A DNA stretch of 64,000 nucleotides from Octopus vulgaris. Taxonomy: Eukaryota. The notes under the pieces are model-generated. The model did no database searches, had not been told where the DNA came from, and saw only the letters and a list, made by a program, of their open reading frames with translations. Shown here in pieces: positions 63,131 to 64,000 of the stretch. The stretch covers positions 28,148,001 through 28,212,000 of the forward strand of contig OX597828.1 in assembly GCA_951406725.2 (NCBI GenBank), written 5' to 3'. Made by a program: the position numbers and the translations under genes. Numbering within the stretch: the stretch's first letter is position 1; every line of letters starts with the position of its first letter.

Positions 63131-64000
63131 GTGTATTATCACACCTTACTCTATCCATGAGCCCTTCTGTTTCATTTACCCCACCCTCTTCTCACCACCA
63201 GCACCACCAATATCATCAGCATTACTGACACCAATATGCTCACTGCTTATATCCATCCATCCATCCATCTCTTCAGTAGATTGCAGTCACCACTGTGTGT
63301 CCCTTTTTTAGCTGCAGGTAACATCTTAAAAACCCGGTTGCTACTATTTTTCCTCAGGTACTGGATGATCTAAAAGACCTCTAAGTTTTTCAGCTGTGCT
63401 GTACACATCACTACTGCAACAATCAGTGCCGCTAGCGGTTGTTCTCTTTGCTTCTATTAGTGGTGTGTTATGTTGGGTTGGGGTTAGGTTTAGGGTTGTG
63501 TTCTATTGGGTTGGCGTTGGGTTCGATGTGATTGTTGGTGAGAGAGTAAAGATGGATAAAACAACAGAAATTTCTTGGTAAAAAGTCAGATAATCCTTCG
63601 TTATTCCTTCATATTATGCAAAAATAAGTTGTACATTGTTGTTTTACAGGGTATGAATAGAAGTGGCCTGAGGGACACACAACCAAGACTTCTAAAGAGC
63701 TGCCTGCCTTCTTGTCCGAAATTGACTTGGAGTTCTTTGTAGTTGTTTTTGTTTTGTCTTTTACTACACAAAAATGGAATACAACATACACACACACTCT
63801 CACACACACAATTGTATCCTCTAGTTGATGCTATGCCACTTTGTTGTCCCTTACAATATGGCCAACATGACCAGCTTCCATCATCGTCTGTTTACTGTGA
63901 CTTTTGACCTGCAGTTTTTATGAAAAGTCGAGAGATTTCACTGTGGATATTGTTATTAATGCTTAGCCTTAACCTAAAAACATGTTGTATTGACAAAGTC

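Noticed and set aside
63470-63525. Telomere-like ggttag/tttagggtt tract
   Set aside because: Only one or two imperfect units within GT-rich low-complexity sequence.

Overview
This is AT-rich, microsatellite-saturated animal DNA. The repeat families resemble those of octopus (a coleoid cephalopod); that taxon is inferred from recall, not from a database search. No host protein-coding exon can be supported with confidence, so the window reads as a large intron or intergenic region. Nearly all ORFs in the supplied track are microsatellite or repeat artefacts. The window is tiled by three abundant tRNA-headed SINE families, RTE-LINE 3' fragments (one family with a variable 67-bp minisatellite), a BovB-like RTE end with a TSD, and an R4/Dong fragment abutting (TAA)n. 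It also holds a Gypsy integrase relic, two mariner relics (one a two-left-end foldback), Tc1 relics, hAT, piggyBac and pogo MITEs, a clean non-autonomous Helitron and a 5S rRNA pseudogene. The most striking signal is about 11 short non-coding elements, mostly embedded in (TA)n tracts, that carry type I hammerhead ribozyme motifs (CUGANGA...GAAAC...GUH) of the kind known from Penelope-like elements. One is fully canonical (19123-19214), three loci carry inverted hammerhead pairs, and one element joins a tRNA-like Pol III head, a perfect 21-bp 5' fold-back and a hammerhead (12184-12502). That last element is a candidate ribozyme-bearing SINE mobilised by Penelope machinery.
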